The notes: generated from the letters alone by a model not told the origin. A DNA stretch of 63,648 nt, filler included, from Chthonomonadaceae bacterium (GCA_035650735.1; 4 parts of 4 records of this genome joined end to end with filler, not necessarily neighbours in it); one strand, 5' to 3'. Positions 12,123-20,876 are shown, counted from the first letter of the whole stretch. Translations and numbers: made by a program.

Positions 12123-12221
12123 CCCAAGTTGCTACCTTGCCTCTTCGAGAAGGCAAACGGTGATGCAAAAGCCGGTTTCCAGAGCGATTCTCTCAAACGT
12201 GTTCCTAGGTAGCAACTTGGG
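12123..12221. mobile_element. 99-bp MITE with 15-bp perfect TIRs
   Basis: CCCAAGTTGCTACCT ... AGGTAGCAACTTGGG, flanked by the direct repeat TAATCTTAA (12114-12122 and 12223-12231). Confidence 0.75.
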
Positions 12222-12441
12222 TTAATCTTAATCAGCAGTAGAGAACGTAAACACGCACAGACACAGAGAGGGGCAGGCAGGTACTCGCATATGTGCGTCT
12301 CTGCCTGCGGTGCCACTTCACCCCGCTTCTCTGTGTCCATGATCTCCTTCCAGTGCGTTGCTTTGACTTCATGCCCCACGCATAGCGCGCCAATTGCCGC
12401 AGACCAGTTCTCTTCTCTCTATGCGCCGCCGGGCAGTTTTC

Positions 12442-12672
12442 TCAGCATCCGTGTCGTCTCCGCGTCCAACCCCGCCATGCCTGCGGCACATCACCATCGG
12501 CGTCTTCTTCCGCCTGGTGCTGAAATGGCACAAATACAGTGAGGGGCTCACCGAATATGGGATCATCGGGCGGCAGATGCTCTATCGGATAGGGCGACTC
12601 CAGCGGAATCAAGGGCCGCGAGGTTTCCTTCCCTGTCGGCGGTATCGGTTCTTGCCTCTTCTCTTTGCTCAT
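12442..12672 (-). CDS. Small Pro-rich hypothetical protein
   Basis: Strong RBS (AAGGAGAG) before MSKEKRQEP. Confidence 0.45.
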   Translation of the reverse strand: MSKEKRQEPIPPTGKETSRPLIPLESPYPIEHLPPDDPIFGEPLTVFVPFQHQAEEDADGDVPQAWRGWTRRRHGC

Positions 12673-12750
12673 CTTATCTCTCCTTCGGGAATGCTCTGTC
12701 TGAATTCTTGCACCCAGGTACAGGGCGCTAACCTGCATAGGCTAACACCG

Positions 12751-13341
12751 CTATCTCTGCGGCTGCATTCGATAGAGACGACGGAAACCTTCCTCCAATC
12801 CAGCGGTCAATTTAGCAATCTCTTCCAGGGAGGTCTCCGGCGTCCGTGTGATACAAACACAGCCGTTGCTGGTACAAGCGCCAAAGTATTCGTAACAGAC
12901 AACCTTGCCGGAAACCAGCCTTTGGTCTATGGCACGCTCCAGCATCTGGTAGCGTGTCCCTTCGGATAACGTTTCTTCTCCAATCTCCTCTTCACAGGCT
13001 TCCAACAGGGCAAAACACGCCCCGAAGGCTTCTCGTTTCTGGGCTTCTGACCAGTCGTCCCACTCTCTGTCCTCGGGCAAGGCAGGCAGAGCCAGTTCCG
13101 AGAAGGCGACGGCATTAGCCCCAAAGTCTTCGGAGTCCACCCCAAGCACATGCAGGCACTCTCCCTCTAGATACCCCAAGTCTATGCCCGCCCCGCACAG
13201 GGGGCAATAGACGGCTCCACAAGAACAGACACAATTGTCCATCCGTTGCTCCTCTCGTTCCGGCAAGGGATGTTCGCATTGCCAACAGATACAGTCGGAG
13301 TCAGATGGGGGTTGGATTTCATTCTGGTCGTGCATTGGCAT
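12751..13341 (-). CDS. Hypothetical acidic protein with Cys-rich (Zn-ribbon-like) N-terminus
   Basis: AAAGGAG RBS; CICWQC, CVCSCG, YCPLCG motifs. Confidence 0.6.
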   Translation of the reverse strand: MPMHDQNEIQPPSDSDCICWQCEHPLPEREEQRMDNCVCSCGAVYCPLCGAGIDLGYLEGECLHVLGVDSEDFGANAVAFSELALPALPEDREWDDWSEAQKREAFGACFALLEACEEEIGEETLSEGTRYQMLERAIDQRLVSGKVVCYEYFGACTSNGCVCITRTPETSLEEIAKLTAGLEEGFRRLYRMQPQR

Positions 13342-13437
13342 CTTCTGCTCCTTTCTGGCGCTTGGTGCAAGCGCGCTTGCTAGGGTGAGTTGTTGATGGC
13401 CTACCAGCAGGAAGTAGTCTGCCTGTGGGCAGGAGCA

Positions 13438-13519
13438 GGTAATCCCTCCCAACGGTGTTGACGTATCTCCTCAGCAGCAGGCTGCGTGAGATTGATCCAC
13501 ACGGCTGGGAGTGTCTACC
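13438..13519. mobile_element. 82-bp MITE (GGTA...TACC ends), copy 1
   Basis: Flanked by 8-bp TSD CAGGAGCA; one mismatch to the inverted copy at 58359-58440. Confidence 0.9.
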
Positions 13520-13523
13520 CAGG

Positions 13524-13730
13524 AGCATTAGGGGGCACAAACAGCAAAGCCACCAAGCGCATTAGCGTCCGGTGGCTCAGAATGGAGATGATCGGTTGGA
13601 AAAGCGGAGGCTTTTGGGAGACCTTGTTTCGGAAGGCGAGACTTCCGCGCATCGAGGCTTGTGCCTCAAGCACCGCTGGCATCTCCTGGCCCGGTTGCTG
13701 GATGCTCTCCTGAGCATCGCTCCTAATGCT
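13524..13730 (-). ncRNA. Candidate structured ncRNA / 5' leader
   Basis: 5' AGCATTAGG pairs with 3' CCTAATGCT; internal helices GATGCTC/GAGCATC, CAGCAA/TTGCTG, GGAGATG/CATCTCC, GAGGC/GCCTC, AGCCACC/GGTGGCT; begins at the predicted +1. Confidence 0.5.
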
Positions 13731-13736
13731 GTCTAA

Positions 13737-13766
13737 AGTATAGCATAAGAGATAATCATTTGTCAA
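13737..13766 (-). promoter_or_regulatory. Strong sigma70-type promoter
   Basis: TTGACA, 18 bp, TATACT with extended -10 TG. Confidence 0.75.
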
Positions 13767-13780
13767 CTAGTTTGTTGTGA

Positions 13781-14186
13781 GGGAGTGTCGAAAGGTATGC
13801 GGATATAATTTAGGCATGAACACTGCCACTGTCTCTTGTCCTTATTGCGGCTCCTCTGTCCGCCAGACCAAGCATGGCAAAACCCCTTCGGGCAGCCAAC
13901 GCTATCACTGCCCTGCTTGCCAACGACTCTACACTCCGGTTCCTAAACCACAGGGCTATCCCCCAGAAACAAGACATCTGGCCCTCAAGCTCTATCTGGA
14001 AGGCAACTCCTTCCGGGCTATCGGGCGGCTGCTGAGCGTGCATGCCCAGAGTGTGGCCAACTGGGGCAACGCCTACCAGGCCAAGCTAAAAGAGCAGGCC
14101 CCGACACTGCCCCGACCGGAGCAGGTAGAAACGGGGGAGTTGGATGAGTTGTATACTTTTATCGGCTCTAAAAAAACGGCTGGGTC
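13781..14186 (+). mobile_element. IS1-family element, partial (runs into gap); transposase from 13816
   Basis: CPYC...QRYHCPAC zinc finger, HTH (LEGNSFRAIGRLL), ELDELYTFIGSKK, A7C frameshift window at ~14170; left end approximate. Confidence 0.88.
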
Positions 14187-14286
14187 NNNNNNNNNNNNNN
14201 NNNNNNNNNNNNNNNNNNNNNNNNNNNNNNTTAATTAATTAANNNNNNNNNNNNNNNNNNNNNNNNNNNNNNNNNNNNNNNNNNNN
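14187..14286. other. Assembly gap / artificial contig linker
   Basis: N-run with TTAATTAATTAA six-frame stop linker. Confidence 0.99.
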
Positions 14287-14395
14287 GGCAGGGTTACGGC
14301 CTCTGCCTCCGCCTTGCGACATCAACATCAAGGTGGAAGGGTTGCGAATACTGGCCGTCGGCAGGGTTAGGGCCCCTGCCTCCGCCTTGCCACAG
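14287..14395. repeat. REP-like family C, two tandem copies
   Basis: GGCAGGGTTA..GCC.CTGCCTCCGCCTTGC.ACA twice; related to inverted copies at 24469-24513 and 54826-54871. Confidence 0.6.
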
Positions 14396-14472
14396 CCCTC
14401 CGCCTGGCGACACCCTTATGGGCGGGAAAAGCCGCCGCCATGAAAGGGCAGCGAACTTACCGGAGGCAGTAT

Positions 14473-15009
14473 TTAGATTTTATCTCCCGGCGGGCTCGGT
14501 TTGGCTTTCAGCATATTGATGACCGACCCTTTCAGCCAGACCTTCCACCGGCCATCCTTGTCTTTGCGCAGCTTGTAGTGATCGGTATAGGTTTCGGTAT
14601 CGGCCTGGTAGACCTCCTGCCCGCTCTTGCGGATGGAGACCTCGGCGTCCACGGTGGCGAGATTAGGCTTGTTCGGGTCTATCTGCTCGTTGGTGATCCG
14701 GACGGCGCTAATGCGCTCGGTGTAGCCGTGGGCCTGCGGGGCGCTCTTTTCATAATCGCTCTGCCGCGGGCACCACTCGCGTTTATCGCTGTTATCAATC
14801 AAATCGTACTGAGTGGTCACGTCTCCCCGCTTGATGGCGGCCAGATATTCGCCCAACGCATATCCCGGCGAGTTGCGATAGACCACAAAGTAGTATCGCG
14901 CTCCCGCCGCCAGCAACGCAATCGCAATGATGATGACGATATACTCCGAAATCTTCATCCCCGTCGTTGCGCTGTCCCGGTAGCGGGGTCTTGTCATGAT
15001 TCGCGACAT
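14473..15009 (-). CDS. Hypothetical membrane-anchored protein
   Basis: N-terminal TM helix (YIVIIIAIALLAAG) then a soluble domain; start may be 14958. Confidence 0.7.
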   Translation of the reverse strand: MSRIMTRPRYRDSATTGMKISEYIVIIIAIALLAAGARYYFVVYRNSPGYALGEYLAAIKRGDVTTQYDLIDNSDKREWCPRQSDYEKSAPQAHGYTERISAVRITNEQIDPNKPNLATVDAEVSIRKSGQEVYQADTETYTDHYKLRKDKDGRWKVWLKGSVINMLKAKPSPPGDKI

Positions 15010-15213
15010 AGAGGCTTATTCTCCTGTTCATCTGTGTGAACCGATATTTTCCCGGGCATTTCCTGCCCGAAGGCGCAAAGGCTTGCAGTGCCGCGCAAAC
15101 TGTGCTACTATTAGGCGCCCGGCTGCTCTTTTCCTGAACCGACTCCGCCAATCCGCCGCGCGCACGGGCAACCATCTATTCTTACATTCTACATGGAATG
15201 GGAGAGGAACGCA

Positions 15214-16188
15214 ATGCCTGCCTCTGCGAGACAGCCCCTATTGCTCGACACAGACATCGGCACCGATATAGATGACGTCTATGCCCTGATTCTGGGGGCG
15301 GTGTCGCCGGAGTTTGATCTGCGGGCCGTCACGGTGGTCAATAACGACGTCACGCTGCGGGCGAGGTTGGCGCGGCGCGTGCTCGACCTGCTGGGCCGTC
15401 CGGAGGTGCCGGTGAGCCTGGGTTCAGCCCTCTCGCTGACTCCCGGCGAGCGGCGCGGCTGGATGGGACATGAGGGGCTTGGCATCGCTCTTCCAGACGA
15501 GACATCGGCGGCTGCCGTTTCATCCCCTGAATCCGAGCCGATGGACGCCGCGCGGCGGATCGCCGTCTGCGCGGAAGAGGCGTATGCCGCCGGGACGCCG
15601 CTGCTCGTCTGCACGATAGGCGCCATGACCAACCTGGCCCTCGCCCTGCGCTGCTACCCGGAGTCGGCCCGGCATATCGGCCAGGTGGTATCTATGGCAG
15701 CGAATTTTGAGGGCTTCGGCCCGGAGAAGGCGCACATCGAGCACAACATCGCCTGCGACCCGGTGGCGGTGGATATTGTGTTCCGCTCTGGCCTGCCCGT
15801 TACCCTGGTCGGGCTCAACGTGACGATGCAGACGGCGATGACGCGCGAGGACGTGGACGCGCTGGAGGCTATCGGCGGGCCGCTGGCCGAAGCGCTGGTC
15901 GGAATGCACCGCGTCTGGTTTGCCGCCATTGGCGGTGACCGCTCTCCCATGCATGACGGCCTGGCCCTGGCCCAGCGCATAGACCCCACATTGCTTACCC
16001 TGATCGACGTGGTTCCCCAGGTGCTAACGCACGGACCACAAGCGGGCGTCATGACGTACACGCCGCCAGACGGCGCCACGCCGCCGTTCTGCCGCATCGC
16101 CACCGCCGTAGACGCGGCGCGCTTTCATGAGCTGCTGCAAAGCCGCGTCCGGCAGGCCGTACAGCAGGCGAAAGAACGAGCCTATTAA
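15214..16188 (+). CDS. Nucleoside hydrolase (IU-NH family)
   Basis: LDTDIGTDIDD, IGAMTNLA, EHNIACDP, MHDGLA. Confidence 0.9.
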   Translation: MPASARQPLLLDTDIGTDIDDVYALILGAVSPEFDLRAVTVVNNDVTLRARLARRVLDLLGRPEVPVSLGSALSLTPGERRGWMGHEGLGIALPDETSAAAVSSPESEPMDAARRIAVCAEEAYAAGTPLLVCTIGAMTNLALALRCYPESARHIGQVVSMAANFEGFGPEKAHIEHNIACDPVAVDIVFRSGLPVTLVGLNVTMQTAMTREDVDALEAIGGPLAEALVGMHRVWFAAIGGDRSPMHDGLALAQRIDPTLLTLIDVVPQVLTHGPQAGVMTYTPPDGATPPFCRIATAVDAARFHELLQSRVRQAVQQAKERAY

Positions 16189-16299
16189 GAGCGTCTAACA
16201 CAACCGTTCTCCCTCTCCCTGCAAGGGAGGGGGTCGGGGTGAGGGGAGAGCCTTATAGCCAAGTTGTGTTAGGGACTCTAAGGAGAAGGAGTTGGGAGG

Positions 16300-17283
16300 A
16301 TGCGCAAGGTGAAGTGGGGCGTGCTGGGCTGTGCGGCCTTCGCCAAAAGCACCGCCATTCCGGCCATGAAGCGGGCGGAGGGCGTGGAATTGGCGGGTAT
16401 CGCCAGCCGCAGCCGAGAGAAGGCGGAAGCGTTCGCCCGCGAGTTTGGCTTTCCGAAGGCGTATGGCTCCTACGAGGAGATGCTGGCCGACCCCGAAATT
16501 GAGGCGGTCTACATTCCGCTTCCCAACGGCCTGCATGCGGAATGGACCGTCAAGGCGGCGCAGGCCGGCAAGCACTCCCTGGTCGAAAAGCCGTTTGCTG
16601 CCAACCTGGAGCAGGCGCTTGCCATGGCGGAGGCGGCCCGCGCGTCTCAGGTCAAGATCATGGAAGCCTTTATGTGGCGCTTCCATCCGATGCACCAGCG
16701 CGCCCGGCAGCTTATTCGCGAGGGCGCCCTCGGTGCCGTCCGCTTTGTGCGCTCGGCCTTTACCTTTACTATTGCGCGCCAGCCCAACGTGCGGCTCGAC
16801 CCCGATCTGGCCGGCGGCGGCATCATGGATGTGGGCTGCTACTGCATCAGCGCCGTCCGCTTTCTCTTCGAGGACGAGCCCCTGCAAGTCTACGCCCACG
16901 CCGACTTCGACCCCGAATACCAGGTGGATATGCTGGCTGTCGGCCTGCTGGAGTTCCCCCAGGGCTGGGCCACCTTCGACGCCGGGTTTGCCCTGCCCTA
17001 TCGCTGCGACTATGAGGTGGTCGGAAGCAAGGGGCGAATCGTGGCGCCCAAAGCCTTTCTGCCCGGCGAAGAGGCCGAGCTGCACATCGAGATCAACGGC
17101 AAGACGACACGCGAGCCCTTCTATGGCGTCAACCAATGGGCGCTGGAGTTTGAGCATATATCGCGCAGCATCGCGGCGGGGGAGCCGCTCGCTTTCGACC
17201 CCGACGATGCCGTCAAACAGCAGAGGGTAATAGATGCCATCTTCCGCTCCACCGTTACCGGCCAACCTGAAACTATAGTATAG
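16300..17283 (+). CDS. Gfo/Idh/MocA oxidoreductase
   Basis: VYIPLPNGLH, VEKP, GGGIMDVGCY. Confidence 0.92.
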   Translation: MRKVKWGVLGCAAFAKSTAIPAMKRAEGVELAGIASRSREKAEAFAREFGFPKAYGSYEEMLADPEIEAVYIPLPNGLHAEWTVKAAQAGKHSLVEKPFAANLEQALAMAEAARASQVKIMEAFMWRFHPMHQRARQLIREGALGAVRFVRSAFTFTIARQPNVRLDPDLAGGGIMDVGCYCISAVRFLFEDEPLQVYAHADFDPEYQVDMLAVGLLEFPQGWATFDAGFALPYRCDYEVVGSKGRIVAPKAFLPGEEAELHIEINGKTTREPFYGVNQWALEFEHISRSIAAGEPLAFDPDDAVKQQRVIDAIFRSTVTGQPETIV

Positions 17284-17357
17284 ATCTCAGTTGTAGTAGT
17301 AGGGAGGCGACTAATGAATGCCTCTCGGCCAACCTGAAACTATAGTATAGATCTCAG
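17259..17357 (+). repeat. Repeat-insert-repeat unit 1 (30-32-bp duplication, period 67)
   Basis: CGGCCAACCTGAAACTATAGTATAGATCTCAG at 17259-17290 and 17326-17357. Confidence 0.95.
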
Positions 17358-17379
17358 ACCTCTAGCCCAGGCCCCTTCC

Positions 17380-17602
17380 TGACCTAACCCCTCGGCCCCC
17401 TTCCCTTGTAGGGAAGGGGGACCCGACCTAGGATGGTTGCGGCCCCCATCCCCTCTCCCACGCTGCGGGAGAGGGGAGAGGCCCCCCACCCTGGCCCTCC
17501 CCCTATTCTTGGGGGAGGGGAGAGGGGAAGCCGGGTCCCCCCTTCCCTGTGAGCGAAGCGAACGCATCAGGGAAGGGAGTCGCGTAGCGACGGGTGGGGT
17601 TA
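17380..17602. repeat. Cluster of REP-like family A palindromes (CCCTCACCCC/CCCTCTCCC...GGGAGAGGGG)
   Basis: Stacked CCCTCTCCC/GGGAGAGGG and CCCTTCCC/GGGAAGGG hairpins; the family recurs near 228, 16206, 26808, 29465, 30447, 33224, 35727, 39235. Confidence 0.75.
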
Positions 17603-17622
17603 GGTCTAAGTTGCCTAAGAGC

Positions 17623-17654
17623 AAAACGACCCTGCTGTACTCTACACAGCAGGG
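17623..17654 (-). terminator. Terminator downstream of the solitary CRISPR repeat
   Basis: Minus strand: CCCTGCTGT-gtagagt-ACAGCAGGG-TCGTTTT. Confidence 0.65.
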
Positions 17655-17689
17655 CCGTCGTGTTTCTCACGCCAATAGGCCATGAGTTT

Positions 17690-17726
17690 GTTTCAACCCT
17701 CGCCCAGCCCGAAGACCGGGCGCTAC
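17690..17726 (-). CRISPR. Solitary 37-bp CRISPR repeat-like unit (type I-C-like)
   Basis: GTAGCGCCCGGTCTTCGGGCTGGGCGAGGGTTGAAAC: palindromic stem and canonical TTGAAAC 3' end; single copy, no cas genes in the window. Confidence 0.7.
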
Positions 17727-17728
17727 GA

Positions 17729-18022
17729 TTAATGCTTGCCGCCTTTATGGGCGCTGTGGGCTGCGTGACCGCTTTTGCCGGGCTTGGTCGTCAGGCTTTT
17801 GTCCATTTTGCAGGCAGAGCAGCAGTACATCGTCTTGCCCTTGATATAGACGGCGGTCGGGTTTTTGTCGGTTTTCTTGGCGCTCAGGGGCATCTTGCAG
17901 GCGGGACACATCATCACCGCAGCCGGTTTCTTCGCTTTCTTAGGCGGAGCGGCGACTGCCAGGCTAGATACCAGGGCTAGCAGCGCAACCGACATCGTAC
18001 CACGTGCAATCCAGTTCTTCAT
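17729..18022 (-). CDS. Small secreted metal-binding (YHS/TRASH-like) protein
   Basis: Signal peptide, CPAC...YCCSAC, His-rich tail. Confidence 0.65.
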   Translation of the reverse strand: MKNWIARGTMSVALLALVSSLAVAAPPKKAKKPAAVMMCPACKMPLSAKKTDKNPTAVYIKGKTMYCCSACKMDKSLTTKPGKSGHAAHSAHKGGKH

Positions 18023-18243
18023 TGTACTCCTCCCAACGTCAGGATAAGCTAAAATTAACTACAAGTCAGGGATTTTCCTGCTTGTCTGTTTTTTACGACG
18101 TAATTTTCGGTGAAATGTTGCAAACCGCCTAGCCGGATCCTAGTTGCGCAGGGAATCTCGTTGTCGAACACGAACAAGCGCGTAGGGCGCCTTCGGCTTC
18201 TCTGAGAGGCCGTCCCGGAAACCTGATTGGAGGTAGCGCAACG

Positions 18244-19341
18244 ATGGCACGCTACGAGATAACCCGACGGGAAGCGCATGGAACGATTGCCTACTACCTT
18301 ACCGATACCGCGCGCCGCGCCGAGGCCGTCCTCTATCCGGCCTTCGGCAATAACTGCGTTGAGTTCCGCACGACGCCCGATCCCGACGGCAGCGACGCCT
18401 CCGGCAGCGATAGCGCGCCGGTAGACCTGTTCGTTCCGCCAAACAACGTGGAAGAGCTGCGCAACGCCCCCTTCCATGCCGGGCAGCCGATCCTCTTCCC
18501 CTTTCCCAACCGCGTCGAAAACGGCACGTATACCTTTGAGGGCCGCACCTACCATATGGATAAGCTGTTGGCAAAGGGATGGGACAAGGGCGCAGGGCAG
18601 GCGATCCACGGGCTGGTAGGGGATAAAGAGTGGACGGTGGAGGAGGTGAGCGCGACCGAGGAGGGCGCGGTGGTGCGCGCCTTTATCCAGATGGATGCGA
18701 TTCCCGACATCTACGAACAGTATCCGTTTTCCTGCCGCCTGACCGTCACCTATCGGCTGCGCGAGGGCGTGCTGGAGATGCGGACGGAGGTGATCAACAC
18801 GGGCCAGGGCGCGCTGCCGATGGGCTTTGGCATCCACCCCTGGTTTCCGGTGGCGCTGCGGCCCGGCGTCCGGCTGACCGGCGATCCGGTCGGCATTGCG
18901 CCCGAGCAGCGCGCCGAGGCGCAGGTGCATGTGCCCGCTAGCGCCTACTGGGAGCTGCAAAAGCTGATGCCCACCGGCAAAACGATCCCTGTGGACAACC
19001 CGCCCAGCATCTATGACCTGCGCCAGTTCCGTCCGCTGGACAATCACTTTTACGACAACGTCTTTACCCAGGTGCAGCGCCGCCCAGATGGCTGGAGCGA
19101 GGGCGGGCTGCGCGACCCGGCGCAGGGGCTGGAGATGTATGTCGCCGCCGACCGGCAGTTCCGCGATTGGGTGCTCTACGCACCGCTCAATCGCCCCGTC
19201 ATCGCGCTGGAGCCCTACACCTGCACCACCAACGCTGTCAATCTACAGCCCAGAGGCATTGATGCCGGACTGATCGTGCTGCCGGCCGGGCAGACGTGGG
19301 CAGGCGCGATCCATTTCGGACTGCGCCGCATCCAGGGCTAA
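18244..19341 (+). CDS. Aldose 1-epimerase family protein
   Basis: LFPFPNRV, AIHGLV, GFGIHPWF, IALEPYT. Confidence 0.9.
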   Translation: MARYEITRREAHGTIAYYLTDTARRAEAVLYPAFGNNCVEFRTTPDPDGSDASGSDSAPVDLFVPPNNVEELRNAPFHAGQPILFPFPNRVENGTYTFEGRTYHMDKLLAKGWDKGAGQAIHGLVGDKEWTVEEVSATEEGAVVRAFIQMDAIPDIYEQYPFSCRLTVTYRLREGVLEMRTEVINTGQGALPMGFGIHPWFPVALRPGVRLTGDPVGIAPEQRAEAQVHVPASAYWELQKLMPTGKTIPVDNPPSIYDLRQFRPLDNHFYDNVFTQVQRRPDGWSEGGLRDPAQGLEMYVAADRQFRDWVLYAPLNRPVIALEPYTCTTNAVNLQPRGIDAGLIVLPAGQTWAGAIHFGLRRIQG

Positions 19342-19419
19342 AAGACCTCACCGGGCAAGTTTGCAGCAGTGGCGTACCCTTTTGCCGGCCCTTTTCTGTC
19401 TAGAGGAAAGGAGCTATCT

Positions 19420-20544
19420 ATGCTCAGGAAACGAACCGTTCGCGCCTTGATTGCCGGCCTGCTCTGCGCCTTCGCCCTGCTCGCTCGCCCGTCTGTCGCG
19501 GCGCCGCCTGTCTATAAGGTCGTGGACCTGGGCGTGTTGCCGGGGGGCGACCAATCGCTCGGATTCGGCATCGGTTACTTTGCCTCCGCTGTCGGCCGTT
19601 CCACCAATGCTTCCGGCCATAATGAGGCCTTCTACTGGGCAGGCGGCTCTATGTTCGGCCTGGGAACGCTGCCCGGATATACCGACAGCGTCGCCGAGGG
19701 AGTGACGGAATTTGCCCCGTTCTTCCCCGTGATCGTGGGCTACAGCTTCAACACGCTCGTGCCCGATGACAGCCGCGCGTTGGTAAGCGTGTTTGGTTTT
19801 ATGCTCGATCTGGGCTCCCTGGGCGGTCCGAACAGTCGCGCCCATGCTATCGCCGGTCAGGGGTTCATCGTCGGCGAGTCCCAGCTCGCGCAGGCTCCCC
19901 CCGACATTCGCCATGCCTTCCGAACGCAGCCGTTCAGCTTCCTTAATCCGCTCACCGACGACCTGGGCACGCTGGCCGGCGCCGACTCAAGCTTTGCCAC
20001 CGCCGTCAACAACGGGGCGCAGGTGACCGGGCAGTCGGGCGGCCATGCCTATCGGACCGCGCCGTTCAGCAAGATCAACCCGGCCACCGACGACCTGGGC
20101 ACGCTCGGCGGCAGCTTCAGCATCGGCTTTGGCATCAACCAGGCGGGGATTGTCGTGGGCCTGTCCAACACAGCCGACATCTCCCCAACCACCGGTGAGC
20201 CGATTGACCATGCGTTCCTGGCCGACGCGACGGGGATGCATGACCTGGGAACCGTGCCGGGCTACGAGAACAGTTCCGCCGCGGCGATCAATGACCTCAA
20301 CCAGGTCGTCGGGATTATCGGCAACGCCCCGCCCGACTTCCATGCGATGATCTGGGATAGCACACACGGTATGCGCGACTTGAACACGCTCATCAGCCCG
20401 AGGTTAGGCTGGCTGCTGCAAGCGGCGCGCGCCATCAACAATCGGGGCCAGATTGTAGGCTGGGGCCTGCATCACGGTCGGCTGCACGCCTTTCTGCTGC
20501 GTCCCTCAAGGACAGTTCCTCTGCACTCCCCAAGAAACGCATGA
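19420..20544 (+). CDS. Secreted HAF-repeat protein
   Basis: Signal peptide; repeated DLGTLGG...INxxGQVVG...HAF units. Confidence 0.85.
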   Translation: MLRKRTVRALIAGLLCAFALLARPSVAAPPVYKVVDLGVLPGGDQSLGFGIGYFASAVGRSTNASGHNEAFYWAGGSMFGLGTLPGYTDSVAEGVTEFAPFFPVIVGYSFNTLVPDDSRALVSVFGFMLDLGSLGGPNSRAHAIAGQGFIVGESQLAQAPPDIRHAFRTQPFSFLNPLTDDLGTLAGADSSFATAVNNGAQVTGQSGGHAYRTAPFSKINPATDDLGTLGGSFSIGFGINQAGIVVGLSNTADISPTTGEPIDHAFLADATGMHDLGTVPGYENSSAAAINDLNQVVGIIGNAPPDFHAMIWDSTHGMRDLNTLISPRLGWLLQAARAINNRGQIVGWGLHHGRLHAFLLRPSRTVPLHSPRNA

Positions 20545-20570
20545 GTCATCCCAAAAATGGGATGACTCAT
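20541..20570. terminator. Perfect 13-bp hairpin between convergent ORFs
   Basis: ATGAGTCATCCCA-AAAA-TGGGATGACTCAT. Confidence 0.5.
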
Positions 20571-20642
20571 TATGCGTTTCTATAGGGCTTCCTGGAGGAA
20601 TATACGGCGAGCCAGGAAGGGACGGGCCGCCTTGCATCCAGG

Positions 20643-20876
20643 TTATTCCCGCCTGTCTGGATAAGGATTAGTGGGGGGCGTCTCGGGCAGGCGCTTGATC
20701 AGTCCCATCTGGTAGAGGGCAACGGAGAGGCTAGATGCCTCCTCCTGCTGGTTCATCGAGAGCGGAATATCGGTATCCGTCAGGGAGTGCGCCTTGTCAG
20801 GGCTATCCTGAAGCGCAAGGGCCAGATAGTGAAAATACATGCGGATCGCATGAACGGTCTGTTGTAGGGCTTGCAT
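20643..20876 (-). CDS. Hypothetical protein
   Basis: Short ORF with GGAG RBS; no motif. Confidence 0.35.
   Translation of the reverse strand: MQALQQTVHAIRMYFHYLALALQDSPDKAHSLTDTDIPLSMNQQEEASSLSVALYQMGLIKRLPETPPTNPYPDRRE

Noticed and set aside
12119..12225. 19-bp inverted repeat as retron a1/a2 arms
   Set aside because: No RT gene nearby; the flanking direct repeat favours a MITE.
13438..13519. 82-nt hairpin shared with 58359-58440 as a conserved ncRNA domain or retron msd
   Set aside because: Each copy has its own 8-bp TSD, so it is a MITE; there is no reverse transcriptase in the window.
14187..14286. TTAATTAATTAA within N-runs (also 36398-36497 and 54651-54750)
   Set aside because: Artificial contig linker; adjacency across these gaps is not evidence of linkage.
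14287..14395. 35-bp repeat pair with period 73 as a fourth spacer-like scar or CRISPR array
   Set aside because: The copies are imperfect, belong to dispersed family C and lack the CTAT motif.
17259..17357. Calling the repeat-insert-repeat units true CRISPR arrays
   Set aside because: Only two repeats each, repeats differ between loci and derive from host sequence, and no cas genes are present.
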